Shown here: in pieces, positions 49,352 to 60,439 of the stretch
How the letters are laid out: each line of letters begins with the position of its first letter
Position numbering within the stretch: position 1 is the stretch's first letter
NCBI GenBank assembly: GCA_965113315.1
Contig: OZ220363.1
Length of the DNA: 64,000 nucleotides
Source of the DNA: Podarcis vaucheri
Taxonomy: Eukaryota
Direction: 5' to 3' (one strand)
Position numbers and translations under genes: made by a program
Notes under the pieces: generated by a model
What the model was told of the DNA's origin: nothing
Seen by the model: the letters and a program-made list of their open reading frames with translations, nothing else
The model's database searches: none

Positions 49352-51239
49352 GTTGGCTGCACTGTGATTCTTGTCCTGAAAGCAAGGGTGCCTTGAATTT
49401 CCAAAAAAGGCTCCACTCTCAAAACCACCAGTTTTACCTCTTTCTTTGTGCTGGGTGGGTTTGAACAGGTATCAAGCCACTGGAAATGTAAGGGGGAAAC
49501 ATTGAAGTTCTACACACAGTGCCTGTTGTTGGCAGGAGCAGCTCTCCTGTAGCCACAGTCCCCTGGGAAGACCCCAGTCCCAGGGTCTTGGAAGAAAGAG
49601 GCACAAAACGGCTTGACCACAAGGGACCGCTTCCTGCAAGACCTAGTGTGAAGCTGGAGACACACATAGCTGGTAGCCTGTTTAGTTTTTGAACTACAAC
49701 TCCCACCATGCCTGACCATAAGGCCGTGCTGGTTGTGATAGTATGAGGGGAGCTGGAATCAAACAACACCTGGAGCACCAAAGCTTCCTCCCGGCCATGA
49801 TGTAGTAGGACCCAAATTGTGTAAGAACAGGTGAAAATGCAAAGAAACGAGGACTTGTGCAGGTGGGGAACTAGGCATCTTTGCCCTGAGAGGAGGCATG
49901 TAGAGACTGAGGGAAATGGATGGGCCACAGCAAAGGAAGAGCTTTTTTTGCCTCTTTTGCAAGCCCAAACTCGGTTGATCTGATTGGTTGAGGCCTTGCT
50001 GGCTTTGGTCTGCCTAGCTTGTTAGGAGGTTGGAATGAAGACTGAGGGCCAATCCTTGCACAGAGAGTCTACGTGGCCTGTGTTGTCTTCTCACCCCCAG
50101 CCCCTGCTCCTGTTTTCTGACTGGATTGCACTGCACCCAAGGTGAATGGGCATGCTGTGAGTGCAGAAAGCAGGTTTGCACTTAAACCTACAGCGTGGAA
50201 GGCCTTTGGCAGCATGCAGAACTGCCAAGCTAAGGTATAAGTGTGATGAGAAACATAGAATAACTCACTTGGCCTGTTCTTAGTGCAACTGGGAAACAAA
50301 AAACAACAGTGGCTAGCTAGCTGCCTGCAGAGAGAGTGGTTGGCTCAGCTGGTTCCTGGCTGTCTCTTGCACCCAGTTCTTTAAAGCTCTGTTGCTAGAG
50401 CTGCCCTCAAGGGGGTCTGAAAGGATCGAAGAGAGGGATGTCATTCTGTCCCTGAAATGAGCACAGGAGGCTTCCCAGTATCTCTGGCTCTGCAAGCTGG
50501 GAGAGCCCAAAGATGTCCCCACTGTAGCTCTTCCTTGCCTGCTGCAATTCAGCATCACATCGGCGCCGCTTGCTCCACCTAGTATCTAAGACCATATCCC
50601 ACCAATATAATAGAAGCTGGGCTGCTGATGCTGTTAACTATAACGCACAAACTACTAGACTCCAATGTAATCTTCACAACACACAAGACCAGAAAGGGGA
50701 ACAGGTGAGGAGCCCTTTGCCTTGCTTATGGCGTGAACTGGAGTCCTTATTGTGTAGAGTCATCAATGGTCTCTTAACTGGGTTGAACTCACAAACAAGT
50801 AGTTGACGAAGCCTCTGGCTCCCAACACTGAGCAAAACGAGCCACACTAACAGTGTGCATTCTGGGTCATTAAGACAACTCTTTCAGTGCGAGAAAAGCT
50901 CCCTAATCAATGCTGATTTTTCTCTGTGCAGATTGGAGTGGCGCTCTCAGGAGGCCACAAAGTGCTTCTTGGTTTCAAGCCAGTGCTTGGGGAAGGGAGG
51001 ATGAGTCTGGGAATCTAGCACTCCAGTATTCTGAGGCTGCCTCCGTCCTGTTGAGTCATGGATCATTCTGTCTGTAGCGGAAACCGTTGCATATAAACTT
51101 GTCATGGGATCCAGCCAAACTTAGAACTTTCTGAATCCTCTGCTGTGTCTGTAATTTGTGGACTTTGCACTTTGACTGGGTTTCCTTGTATGGCCTGTCA
51201 TTGTAACTCATGATTTTAAACAAGAAAGATCTTTACAAA

Positions 51240-51245
51240 AATAAA
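51240..51245 (+). terminator. Candidate distal RAB15 polyadenylation signal AATAAA
   Basis: AATAAA with upstream TGTA elements and downstream GT-rich sequence. Confidence 0.55.
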
Positions 51246-54200
51246 GATTCTCAAAGTGGTTGGTGGCTGCTCTAGTTCCTTGCTGGGTGGCTAACCCAGT
51301 CCTCTGCAACGAAGAAGCTGTGTTGCTGCTAAGAAACTCACTTGAAGTGAAATCCAGGAGGTCAAACAGCAAATGCTTCCCTATGTAGAGAATAGAGCTA
51401 TGTTTAATTCATGCTGCAAATGGGCTCAGTTGCACAAGAAAGGAGCCAAAGAAGCAAACCAGGGGTAGAACGGATGTAGCTTGGCGCACGGATCAGTGCA
51501 ACCAGCTTTTGTCCAGGAAAATTGCAACAAGCAAGGATTAGTTCTGCCCACATGGGACCACCTGGAATTGGCAGAGTCCTGGAGTGAACATTATATGTAT
51601 TTGCAGCTATTTTTGTATTGTAGCAAGGAATATAAAATCCCTCCTTCAAAAGGAGACTGCAAGAGCTCAAACTGCCTGCTACTCGCTGCATCAATTTCCT
51701 TGGGTGGGGAATCTGTAGTCTGCCAGATGTTTCTGAACACCTTTTGGGCCCTAGTCTGCATAGTCAGTCTCCAGGGGTGATAGAAGTTGTGGGTCAACAG
51801 GAGGACCACAGCTTAGATGTTTTCGAACAGATGCCGCAGGATAGTGGCATATTGTTAAACCCTCAATCTTTAAATCCTGCAACACTACAAATTTAGAGGA
51901 AGGAAGAGCAAACAAGTCGTCATCTAGTTTTCCTCCACACCCCATATTCTCTCAATAGAGTGAAATCATGTTGTAGGTTTTCCTACAGTAGCTACATCTA
52001 CTGTTGGACAGTGGGTGTTCAGAACATCATGTTCTACCTCCTCTGGTGGAGGCAATGTGCATCTGAATACCAGCTGCAGGGAATCACGAGTGGGAAGAGT
52101 CTCATCACACTCAGGACCTGTGTATGAGCTTCCTATAGGCCTCTGGTTGGCTAGTGTGAGAACAGGACAGGCCTTTGGCCTCACCCAGCAAGGCTCTTAG
52201 GCTATGTTTTCACTAGCTGTACACAAGAATGTTGAGCTCGCCCTAAGCCTGTATTGCTGTCTGCCCTATTTGATGCACTCAATTCAGGAAGGGGAGGTGT
52301 GAATCTGCTTTCGTAGTCTGTAGTATAGACAGAGATTTCACATGGTTGATGTAGCTGTTTGGAGTCAGACAAAACAGCTCTTTGTGCTTTTCATGTTCTT
52401 AGACTGCTTTGCTGAGGCACTGAGGTAACTTGCATTAAGATAAGTCTTCCATCCTATATTCTTTTTTATTATTGTTCTGCTCATCAGCAAAATAGTAATA
52501 ACCTCCCAGAGCGCATCTTGCAGATCCATAAAAACAAGACAATCCCTGCCCTCGGGCTTACACCCTAAAAGGCACAACACAAAATGAAAATTGATCAGGA
52601 GGGAGAAGGAAATAAGCAAGCTCAAGTACCTGTTCTTCTAAGGGCCAGCTAGGATACACTTTACTGGAAGGAGCCAAGAGTTGCTGGTGTCTGAGCTGTG
52701 CTGGTGGAGTGGCCCTGTATCCCTTCCCTCCTCTGCTACAGAAAAATATCTGATCTCTGTACTTTGGTTACATGCCCCAGCTTCCTCTACTTGAGCTTAC
52801 AGGGAATCTGATCCAGCTGTTAATAATTCAGCCTGCTCCTCCTCGTGGCAGGAGAAGCAGGATTCTCATTAGAGGTTTTCATTATCAAGCTGTTTTTGGA
52901 AAGGGGATGTGCATTGCAGCAGTGGAAGTAATTTTTCTTTTTTCCTTTCAAAACACTGCTATAATTCTCAGAACAGACCTCAGCAGTCAATAAAAAAACT
53001 ATTATGGGAAAGGTTTGCATCTATTCTAGGTTGACACAAGACATGATAAATACTGTTATGCACACCCCTACTTCATTGAACCATGAGACATTTCAGGGGA
53101 GTTGTCCTTAACTGGGCCGGGTCTCATTTTGGGATGAGGGCACTGGGGGCATGCCATTGTTTTGTAATAATACTTGTTCTTAATTGAAAATATACACGCT
53201 GAGCGTAGGTGGAGATACAGTGTTAAACCACTCCAACAAATACCGAAGTTCACTGTACCCCAGCTGTGTTTGTGGTGGGTGAAACTGCCCCTTCTGACAC
53301 CGATGTTGTTGCTGCTTACCTGGATGGGGCTGGCTGGGTGGGACAATAGTGAGGCCAGAGCTATGGGTTGACCACCAGCCAACCTGATGTTCCCAGCGGT
53401 GCAACTGCATGGCCCCAAACGTCTTGTTCCCTCCCCATCAGGTAAGCAACAGTGACACCCCTGACACTTAACGGTCAGGGGTCCTTTACCTTTTACATAG
53501 AGAAAGCTGGAATAGGAAAGGAAAAGAGCAACCCATTTTGATCTCTGCCAACCATTAATGCAGACAGCCATTAAGAGCCATTGGCCTGCAATTCACTAAC
53601 TCTGGGGATCTGCTAAGCGGTATCTTCTCTGCCAGGTCTGAAGCACCCAATTAGCCTCTCTTTACAATCAAAGAATTGGAAACCTCCCCTAGCCCAGCTC
53701 ATCTATTCAATCCTGTAGCAATACAAATTGCATAAGGAATATATGTGAGGAAATGTTCTTTGCTCGCATAACAATTTAGCAAAGCTAGTTACTTGACAAT
53801 ATTTTTTTTAATCCTTTATGCTTAGCCGAATGATATACCATACACTGCTACATACACCTGTGTGTGCCCTCAGTATGTCCAAAGGGGCAGTTTGCACACC
53901 CTTTCAAATGTAGAGTTCTTACTTTTGATAGATTGTTATCCTGAGTGGTAATTATAAGCATCAAGGAAAAGGCTAGTAGTCCTTACCGAGTTGGGTCAAT
54001 TCACTAGCCCAGTTGCCAGTCTGTTGCCTTGCGGGAGACCAATTTGCTGTCAACCTCAATGGCTCCTTTTTGCCATAAAGGCTCAGAAAGAATCTGCTGC
54101 TTCCTCCCCTAGTATTTGTTCTATCTGTAAAACGCAGGTTCTTCATCATCATTAGCGTTTGAATAGGGAGAGAGTGGTGATTAACTGTATCATCAGCTGC

Positions 54201-55265
54201 AGGAAGGCTGACAAATGTGACTGTTATCTGGGGCCCTTTCATAGACATCTTCAGCAGACTGTATCAAATGGACTATCTCAATAGTACACCTCAGAGAGGT
54301 GGTTCAGAAAGAAAAAGAAGACATGACACATGGCTTCCAAGAGGGATGCCAATTCCTGTTCAGACACTCCACATGGTGCTCCCTCCACCAACAAGTCTTA
54401 TAATACTTATGTTTGGATGCAGCTTATTATTCAAAAGATTGGTTGAGTTTTCTTTCTTTAAACAAGTGGTTCTCAATTAGAGGTCCAGGGACCCCTGGGG
54501 GTCTGCAGAATGCACCCAGGGGGTCCGTGGCCCCATCCCATGCCTCCCCCCAACTATTTTTTTGTCATTTTTTGCATAGTAATAGCACAAATTTTATGGT
54601 CTGTTTTAGCGCTGAGAGATTTTTCAGTATATTGGCCAAAATTGATTTTTTTTTAATTAAAAAAATATTTTTATTAAAGATTTTCTTGGTTTACAAAAGT
54701 ACATGCCTTGTCTCTTTTTTCAGGTTGTACAGTCTTTCTTACAAATCAGTTACATTGGTTTTGAAATCACACCATGATAACGATTTTGACCTGGCAATTC
54801 ACAGCAACATATCGCTGCTAGCATGATATTGCTGCTGATTTGAGCTGCCTTCCCTCATGCTGAGGGAAAACAGGGTAGATGATTGCCCTCGCTTCAAGGC
54901 ATCATGGCACTACCTTCCCCTGGCACTGAGGCGGAACAGCTTTTCTCAGTCAGCAGGAAAGCAGCAGCAGCCACAGTGGCAGCTTGATGCCCCCATCCCC
55001 TCCCACGCAACCCATGAAGGGGATGGGGGTGACGCTGCTTCCTCTCCTCCCCCCACCCATCCGATCTCTGCAGCTGTTCTTCCCCTCATCCCCATGCCTG
55101 ATCTGCATCCACCCCACCCTCCGGATCTCCACGAATGCTCTTTCCTCATCCCCACATCTGATCTCCAATTTCAGACCTTGGGATATTTCAGAATATCACT
55201 GTGTTTAGCTGCTGATATATCACAATTTGAAAACGAGATATTGCTCAGCCCCAGTTTGTTTTCTA

Positions 55266-55575
55266 AGGTAAAGGCAAAGGGATCACTGACCATTAGGTCC
55301 AGTCGTGGCCGACTCTGGGGTTGTGGCGCTCATCTCGCTTTACTGGCTGAGGGAGCCGGCGTACAGCTTCCGGGTCATGTGGCCAGCATGACTAAGCCAC
55401 TTCTGGCGAACCAGAGCAGCACACAGAAACACCGTTTACCTTCCTGCCGGAGCAGTACCTATTTATCTACTTGCACTTTGACATGCTTTCGAACTGCTAG
55501 GTTGGCAGGAGCAGGGACCAAGCAACGGGGGCAAGTCCTAGGCTCTGGTTTAACCCACAGCGCCACCCACGTCCC
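55266..55575 (-). mobile_element. Sauria SINE with one internal deletion
   Basis: Matches the 27166 copy; TSD TTTGTTTTCTA at 55255-55265 and 55578-55588. Confidence 0.9.
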
Positions 55576-55639
55576 AATTTGTTTTCTAGTATACCTGAAA
55601 TCCTCTACAGGAGGCAGTGGAAGACAGGAGTGCCTGAAA

Positions 55640-56330
55640 GGTAAGATAAAACTTTATTCGTATTAGCCAATGGACAAAGCAACAGTAAAACATTACAGTA
55701 TACACAGAAAAGGAAGTTTGATATAAGAGCACAATTTAAAGTGCTGACTCAGCCGACAGTTAGTGGCCCTTATTCTGATTGCCCTTGCCATGAACCTAGG
55801 AACCTTTGCTGTTATCTGCTCATTTTGATCTGATAGAAGAAAGGACGTTGTGGCAGTGGTTGAGCACCCTGGGTTGGTTAGTAAGAGTGGGGTGATGATC
55901 TCATTCCTCAGGTCTTTGTAGAGAGTACAAGACAGGAGGACGTGTGCCGCTGTTTTGGTGCTACCATCTCCACAGGGGCAAAGACACTTCTCAGGCGGGA
56001 TCTTTTGGAATCGACCCTCAAGTACTTCAGATGGCAAAACATCCAGTCTTATAAGTGTAAAACGACGTCTGTATTTTGGGATAAGTTTGTGCAGATATGG
56101 AGTCAGAGAATCAAAATGGAGAGGTGGAAAATGAACATATCAACGGCAGAATTTCCTTATAGTGGCCAGGTTGTTCTGATGCTCGGTATCTTTTAGACAT
56201 TGACCAATTAGACTGTTTGCTTTAGTAGGGCCCATAGTGAGTAGGTGTTGTGGGGATAGGCCACAAGAGTGAAGTTTTTGATAGACGGTTTTAAGCCAGG
56301 CACTTTTATGGGAGTCTTGAAGTACTAGGG
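55640..56330 (-). mobile_element. 3' fragment of a non-LTR retrotransposon (RTEX-like)
   Basis: RRRFTLIRLDVLPSEVLEGRFQKIP..CLCPC....HVLLSCTLYKDLR CCHC-type C-terminus; AATAAA at its 3' end. Confidence 0.75.
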
Positions 56331-56753
56331 ATAGTAAATGGGGGGGGGGGATTTGAGTTTAGGCTGCAATGCTAAGCACGTTTCCGAGGGAGTAAGTTCT
56401 ACTGAGCACAGTGGGACTTACTCCTGAGGATCACACTGGCATTCTCCGAGTCAAGCTCCTTTGTCTTAAGCAGCATGAATTATTGAGAGCTGGCCTAAGT
56501 ATCACCGTGGCTTGGATATCCTTCCTCAGCTACATGCTTGCAATGGAACACACCGTGGCCTGACCTGCGCCTTTTGTTCCGAATCAGTAAAGAGCTGGAT
56601 CAATAACAGGCAATGGCTCCACTTTCCGCCCATCCCAGCAGGACCCGGGTGCAGCCAATCGCATGAACCCACAGAGGAGCATTTTAAGCAAGTCACTGTA
56701 TCTGCAAGGGGCTCACTGCTGTCCTGTTGCTGCTGTCCGTGATCCTTGCAGCC

Positions 56754-56975
56754 ATGACTCCCATAGCCAAATCTTTCTACGATCTCAACGCCACGGACCT
56801 CCAAGGGGAGAAGGTGGATTTCAACAACTTCAGAGGGAGGGTGGTCTTGATAGAAAATGTAGCCTCCCTCTGAGGCACAACGGTGAGGGATTACACCCAG
56901 ATGAACCAGCTGCAGAGCAAATACCCTCGACGGTTGGTTGTGCTGGGTTTCCCTTGCAACCAGTTTGGCTACCAG
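56754..56975 (+). CDS. GPX2: GPX2 exon 1, includes Sec codon TGA at 56871-56873 (codon 40)
   Basis: gccATG start; in-frame TGA within the NVASLUG active-site motif; donor gtaagt. Confidence 0.97.
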
Positions 56976-59874
56976 GTAAGTGACCTGGTTCATTCTCTCT
57001 TTGGCCAGCCTTTATTGGCAAAAGATGGCTCCATCTCTCAGCCTTATACAAAGTCAGACCATCTGGCTCAGTATTGTTGACACTGACTGGTGGCATGGCG
57101 GCAGTCCAAATCTTTAGACAGGTGTTTCCCAGCCCTACCTGGAGCTGCCGGGGATTGAACCTGGGACCTTTTGCATGCAAAGCAGACGCTCTTCCGCTGA
57201 GCTACAGCTCCCCCGTCAAGTAAGCCATTCTCTTCAATACCCTATCATCATTCCTTTGTGGATCCTATGTGCACTTGTTTGAGAAGTGAGGGATTGCAGC
57301 CCCTATTAACTTAATGGGGCTTTGCTCCCACACAGGAGAGTCAAGCTGCATGTGTATCGTGTAGGAGGGATAATTTTACTTATCCGAAAGACTCCTGGAC
57401 TGTGACTTCTGAATAACTGTTCAATCCTGCAGGATTCTCAGGAGAAGAGAGAAGCAAAGTGCCAGGTGAATAAAATTCAAATACATTGTTCAGAAACAAT
57501 TTAATTGCTATAAATTGACATTTATTCTGGCTCTTCTGTTAAGATGCAATTTAGCATATTTACGACCCTATAATATTGCCACTTTTAAAGGCATCACAAA
57601 GGCTCTATTTGGAGCAAAAATGTAGAAATTTATAAGAGAATGTCTGTGTACACATCATACATTTAAAGCACATGACTTCTCCCAAAGAATCCTGGGAACT
57701 GTAGTTTGTTAAGGGTTTGGGGAAGTGTAGCTCTGCCAGAGGAAACTTTGGATCACTCCTTGATTCCAGAGAAAGCCATTATTATCTATGCCAGTTACAT
57801 TGTTTTTACTATTCCTATTATTATTTCATTTATGACATTCCACCCACCCTACAGTCTCAGGGTGGTGTTAAAAACAGTTTAAACTTACTATTACAAAAAA
57901 TGCAATCATAAAAACTAATAAAAAGTAACAAAAGCTCATACAATTGCTTATGTTATATTTAGATTTCCAATCTTTCTGCATTATAAATATTAGAGGCCAA
58001 TTTCTTTTAAAAAAGGGGGGGAGATGCTTGATTCAAGAAGGTGTATACCATCCAAATATTGACTTATACTTTCTTCTGCTATCAACTTAGATACACTGAT
58101 TTTTATTTTTACTTTAGCTTTTCAGTTTTTTTGAGCTGCTTCATTTTGGCATCTATTTTTTCACTAGGGATCAGTCAGGAGTTTAATTCAGTCACCATTT
58201 GTGATCCTGACACTACTTGCATCAGTTCCTGAGCTTGCCCTTAATCCATATGAAGATTTCTGTTGCCCATCATGCCAGGTGCCCAGGAAGGAAATTACTC
58301 ATCGCCACTTGTTTGTTCTGGGATAAACTTTGCTTTGCTAGCAATAATGCATGGGCTTTGTGCTAGCACACTAAACACATGACTTTGTCCCTTTCACTGC
58401 AGGCAGCAGAGGAGATGGTAGAAGTAGCTCTCATCAGTCTAGGAGCCAGCTATGAGGATTTTGTAAGGATGTTTGCAGACATGGGAGCAATTTGCAACAG
58501 GACTGTTTGTCTGGCCAAGGCTGCTGCTACTTGAGTGTAAATCCCCCTGAACAAGGAGTTCTTGCTGAGTAAACAGGCACAGGATTGCTCTATAAATTGC
58601 AAAGCAGCAGACAAACCTAAAATAGGTAGCCCTGATTAGAATGACAGAACTCAGAAAGACCTAAGGTCATTGCCAATCCACACTCTCAAACTGTCTCTGT
58701 GTTGTCTCCAGCAGGCAGCTCCTTCCTCAGTGCCAAACACTGAACACAAAGGACCGGAATATAAAACAAATGCCATTGGCCAGCCTACCCAAGGAGAAAA
58801 TATTCCTGGCACTGAACCACAAATGCACCACACTTATTTCCAGTCGTGGAAACCTAACACCCTAGAATAGAGATAACAAGTCCCCCCCCCCCCCGAGAGC
58901 CACAGTCACTCTTGGCCAATCATCTGGTGGCCTCATGCTGCAGATGGGTAACCCACTCCTCTCTCACACATGCAACCCACACTCCTCACCACCCCAGACA
59001 GGATCCATATAAGAAGGTTTGAAAACAAAAGATGTGTTCATAAGACTTTTAAAAATAAAAAACAAAGGTTCACTGCACGTAGCACTTGACAGAATCCAGC
59101 CAACTTTAGAGTCAGTATTCTACAATTCCAGAAAGACTTCTAGAGTCTAGCAGCATCTGTGGGAGGGGGATATTGCAATATGCTAAAAGAACAGGAAAAT
59201 CATCTCACTGGTCAAAATGAAGATGATTCTAAACCAATTATTGCTTATAAACACATATATGAAACTCTTGCCTTGAAAGCAATGAGAGTCCTTGTTTCTC
59301 ACCTCTGTTCTAGGGAGCCAGCCCCAGAATGTTGTGCAATATCCTCTTGTATGAGCTTCAGCCCTTGCAAGGAAGACACTTTCACATAAGTCAAACCAGC
59401 CATGCATTTGAGCATAGCAGGAACCAAAGCAAGATTGCATCCAAAGTGCTCTGCTGGATAGACTGAGCTTGACCTGTACAGGGTGTCCCAATGCTCATTG
59501 TGCTTCCCGCTTCTCTCCATCAGGAGAACTGCACAAATGAAGAGATCCTCAACAGCCTGAAGTATGTGCGGCCTGGGTCCGGATTCGAACCCAACTTTAC
59601 CCTTTGCCAGAAATGCGAGGTGAACGGCAAGAACACCCACTCCGTCTTTGCCTACTTGAAGGACAAACTTCCTTACCCAGATGACAACCCTTCCTGTTTC
59701 ATGATGGAACCGAAGTTCATCATTTGGAGCCCGGTGCACCGCCATGACATCTCCTGGAACTTTGAGAAGTTCCTGGTGGGGCCTGAAGGCGAGCCTTTCA
59801 AGCGCTACAGCCCCCGATTCCTCACCACCAACATCGAGCCCGACATCCAGCGCCTCCTGAAGCTTGCCAAATAA
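56754..59874 (+). CDS. GPX2: Glutathione peroxidase 2 (selenoprotein), 2 exons, 190 aa
   Basis: [11 protein letters not shown]...[17 protein letters not shown]...[10 protein letters not shown]|[18 protein letters not shown]...[12 protein letters not shown]; lies next to RAB15 as in other vertebrates. Confidence 0.97.
57041..57211 (-). mobile_element. tRNA-derived squamate SINE in the GPX2 intron
   Basis: Minus strand reads GCTGTAGCTCAGCGGAAGAGCG...GGTTCAATCCC (A and B boxes) followed by a non-tRNA body; related copies near 45275-45395 and 37186-37352. Confidence 0.8.
59524..59874 (+). CDS. GPX2: GPX2 exon 2 coding part
   Basis: catcag acceptor; TAA stop at 59872-59874. Confidence 0.97.
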   Translation, partial: ENCTNEEILNSLKYVRPGSGFEPNFTLCQKCEVNGKNTHSVFAYLKDKLPYPDDNPSCFMMEPKFIIWSPVHRHDISWNFEKFLVGPEGEPFKRYSPRFLTTNIEPDIQRLLKLAK

Positions 59875-60316
59875 GAGGAGAACAAGCATCCCCAAGATTA
59901 TTCCAGTGGAGACTGGTCCATTAGGGCAACCTCTGCCTGCCCGCACCTTATTTCTTACAAATGCCCTGGGAGGTGGCACAGCCCGTCAGCTTCCTCCTCT
60001 TCCTTCTCCGTTTTGCTCTTGTAGAACTCAGAAGGAAGGAGGCAAACTAGAGTTAGTGGGCTCTGTCTGTCATTGGCCCTGGCCCCACTTACTGTTGATT
60101 TCCCTGCATTTGGCCCCAATGGGCACCAGCTACCACTGGATTATTCTAAGTGTCTTGATGGAGCAAGGCGGGTCATAAGAATGGCTTGATGTTCACTGCG
60201 CTGTGATCATGGGTGTCTCCTCCCTGTCCACCCATAGAAACACCCCCACGCCCCAACTCCCTCACCTTCTTTCTGAGTGTATCAGGTGCTTCCTCCTAGC
60301 TCCTGACAGAGCCAAC

Positions 60317-60390
60317 ATCAGACTTTTACTGAGTGACGGTGCCCTCCTAAAGCTCAACGGAGGGGGCCCGAAAGGTGTAAAGGTGCTGAT
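60317..60390 (+). promoter_or_regulatory. SECIS element (type I) in the GPX2 3'UTR
   Basis: Helix I ATCAG-ACTTTTAC / GTAAAGGT-G-CTGAT; core GTGAC (60333-60337) / CGAA (60369-60372); helix II GGTGCCCTCC/GGAGGGGGCC; apical AAA at 60349-60351. Confidence 0.9.
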
Positions 60391-60433
60391 CCCCTGGCCC
60401 TTGCTTGCTGGGCACTCCTTGTTTCATGAGTCC

Positions 60434-60439
60434 AATAAA
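60434..60439 (+). terminator. GPX2 polyadenylation signal AATAAA
   Basis: First AATAAA after the SECIS, followed by a T-rich tract. Confidence 0.8.

Noticed and set aside
54857-55666. 269-aa ORF upstream of GPX2
   Set aside because: Runs through a transposon fragment and an antisense Sauria SINE; no domain signal.
57140-57211. tRNA-like sequence with A and B boxes
   Set aside because: It is the head of a SINE, continuous with a repeat body present several times in the window; not called as a tRNA gene.
59299-59979. 226-aa ORF antisense to GPX2 exon 2
   Set aside because: Shadow ORF produced by codon bias of the sense exon.
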